Assembly (NCBI RefSeq): GCF_002105155.1
Contig: NW_019028995.1
Location: 620,001-684,000 of the forward strand
DNA: 64,000 nt
Source of the DNA: Lobosporangium transversale
Lineage: Eukaryota
Direction: 5' to 3'
The position numbers and the translations under genes are program-made. The notes beneath the pieces are model-generated. The model saw nothing but the letters and a program-made list of their open reading frames with translations, did no database searches and had not been told where the DNA came from. Below are positions 63,464 to 64,000 of the stretch, piece by piece (position 1 is the first letter of the stretch; each line of letters opens with the position of its first letter).

Positions 63464-63660
63464 CACCCCCCCGTCAGAATAAAATTCTGAGCCCCGGTTG
63501 AGAATTCCCTTGACCCGTCAACATTCATTTTTTCGGAATTCTTACCCCTGTCCCCCCGTCAGAATTCCGGTACACCCCCCGTAAAGATTTTCAAAATGTA
63601 AATCTTTACCCCCCCGTCAACCATCTTAATTGTGGGAATCCTTACCCCCCCGTCAACATT
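63464..63660 (+). repeat. Array of C(n)GTCA motifs, possibly subterminal repeats of a DNA transposon
   Basis: Six spaced copies of CCCCCGTCA / CCCGTCA / CCCCCCGTAA, several with shared flanks (CTTACCC.., ..AGAAT, ..ACATT). Confidence 0.6.
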
Positions 63661-64000
63661 TTGAAGCTGTTTTTAAGAGAAGATTTTCTGTTCTTGGTTA
63701 TACCTAGATCTAACTAGCTATTTAGTTCGACACCATTGATCCTCTCTTACTTTGTATCTTGCCATCAAAGCATGACAGTAGATCAGTGGATCAGTTCCTT
63801 GATGAATGATCTCTTCCTAGATTCGTATTCATCAGGTTCAGAACCCTCGGCAACTTAACATACACCACATGCGTCCAACATAGTCTTAAAAGAAAAAGAC
63901 AAAAAAACATTGCATTATTATTCAGCGTCAACGCTTGGCGATCCTAAACCATCTTTACAATTAATAGAGGTTAAGATTAAAATACTGTACTAGTTGTGTG

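Noticed and set aside
61166..63660. CRISPR-like reading of the recurring TTGGCACTTTGTCCA or CCCCGTCA repeats
   Set aside because: Eukaryotic context, irregular spacing and no cas genes; better explained as TSDs and simple motif arrays.

Overview
Intron-rich, AT-rich eukaryotic genomic DNA with many long poly(A)/poly(T) runs. The gene set and style suggest an early-diverging fungus, probably Mortierellaceae/Mucoromycota (inference). Positions 1-54 kb hold about 14 spliced protein genes: the 3' part of a PI-PLC-like phosphodiesterase, an amino-acid permease, a USP30/Ubp16-like deubiquitinase, ATP synthase subunit g, a MIT-domain protein, a Zn2Cys6 transcription factor, ATE1, an orphan ORF, a MAPEG/MGST3-like protein, an ankyrin+UBA protein, a Med29/Med2-like protein, RRN3, a LITAF-like protein and UBA3. 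An ~11 kb gene-free interval lies at 14.8-26 kb. Positions 54-64 kb form a mobile-element island containing an RT-deleted Ty3/Gypsy relic, a 98-bp hAT-type MITE and two divergent tRNA genes (Ser-UGA, Gly-UCC). Between and beside the tRNA genes is a stack of poly(A)-tailed non-LTR retroelement copies plus a tRNA-headed SINE-like element. Most interesting: (1) two successive insertions at one site ~110-130 bp upstream of tRNA-Gly, and another copy ~165 bp upstream of tRNA-Ser, all head-to-head with the tRNA gene, which suggests a tRNA-gene-targeting LINE/SINE system with a conserved structured 3' UTR; (2) a ~230-codon AUG-free in-frame extension of the Zn2Cys6 gene, suggesting non-AUG initiation. 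All calls are by eye; no searches were run.
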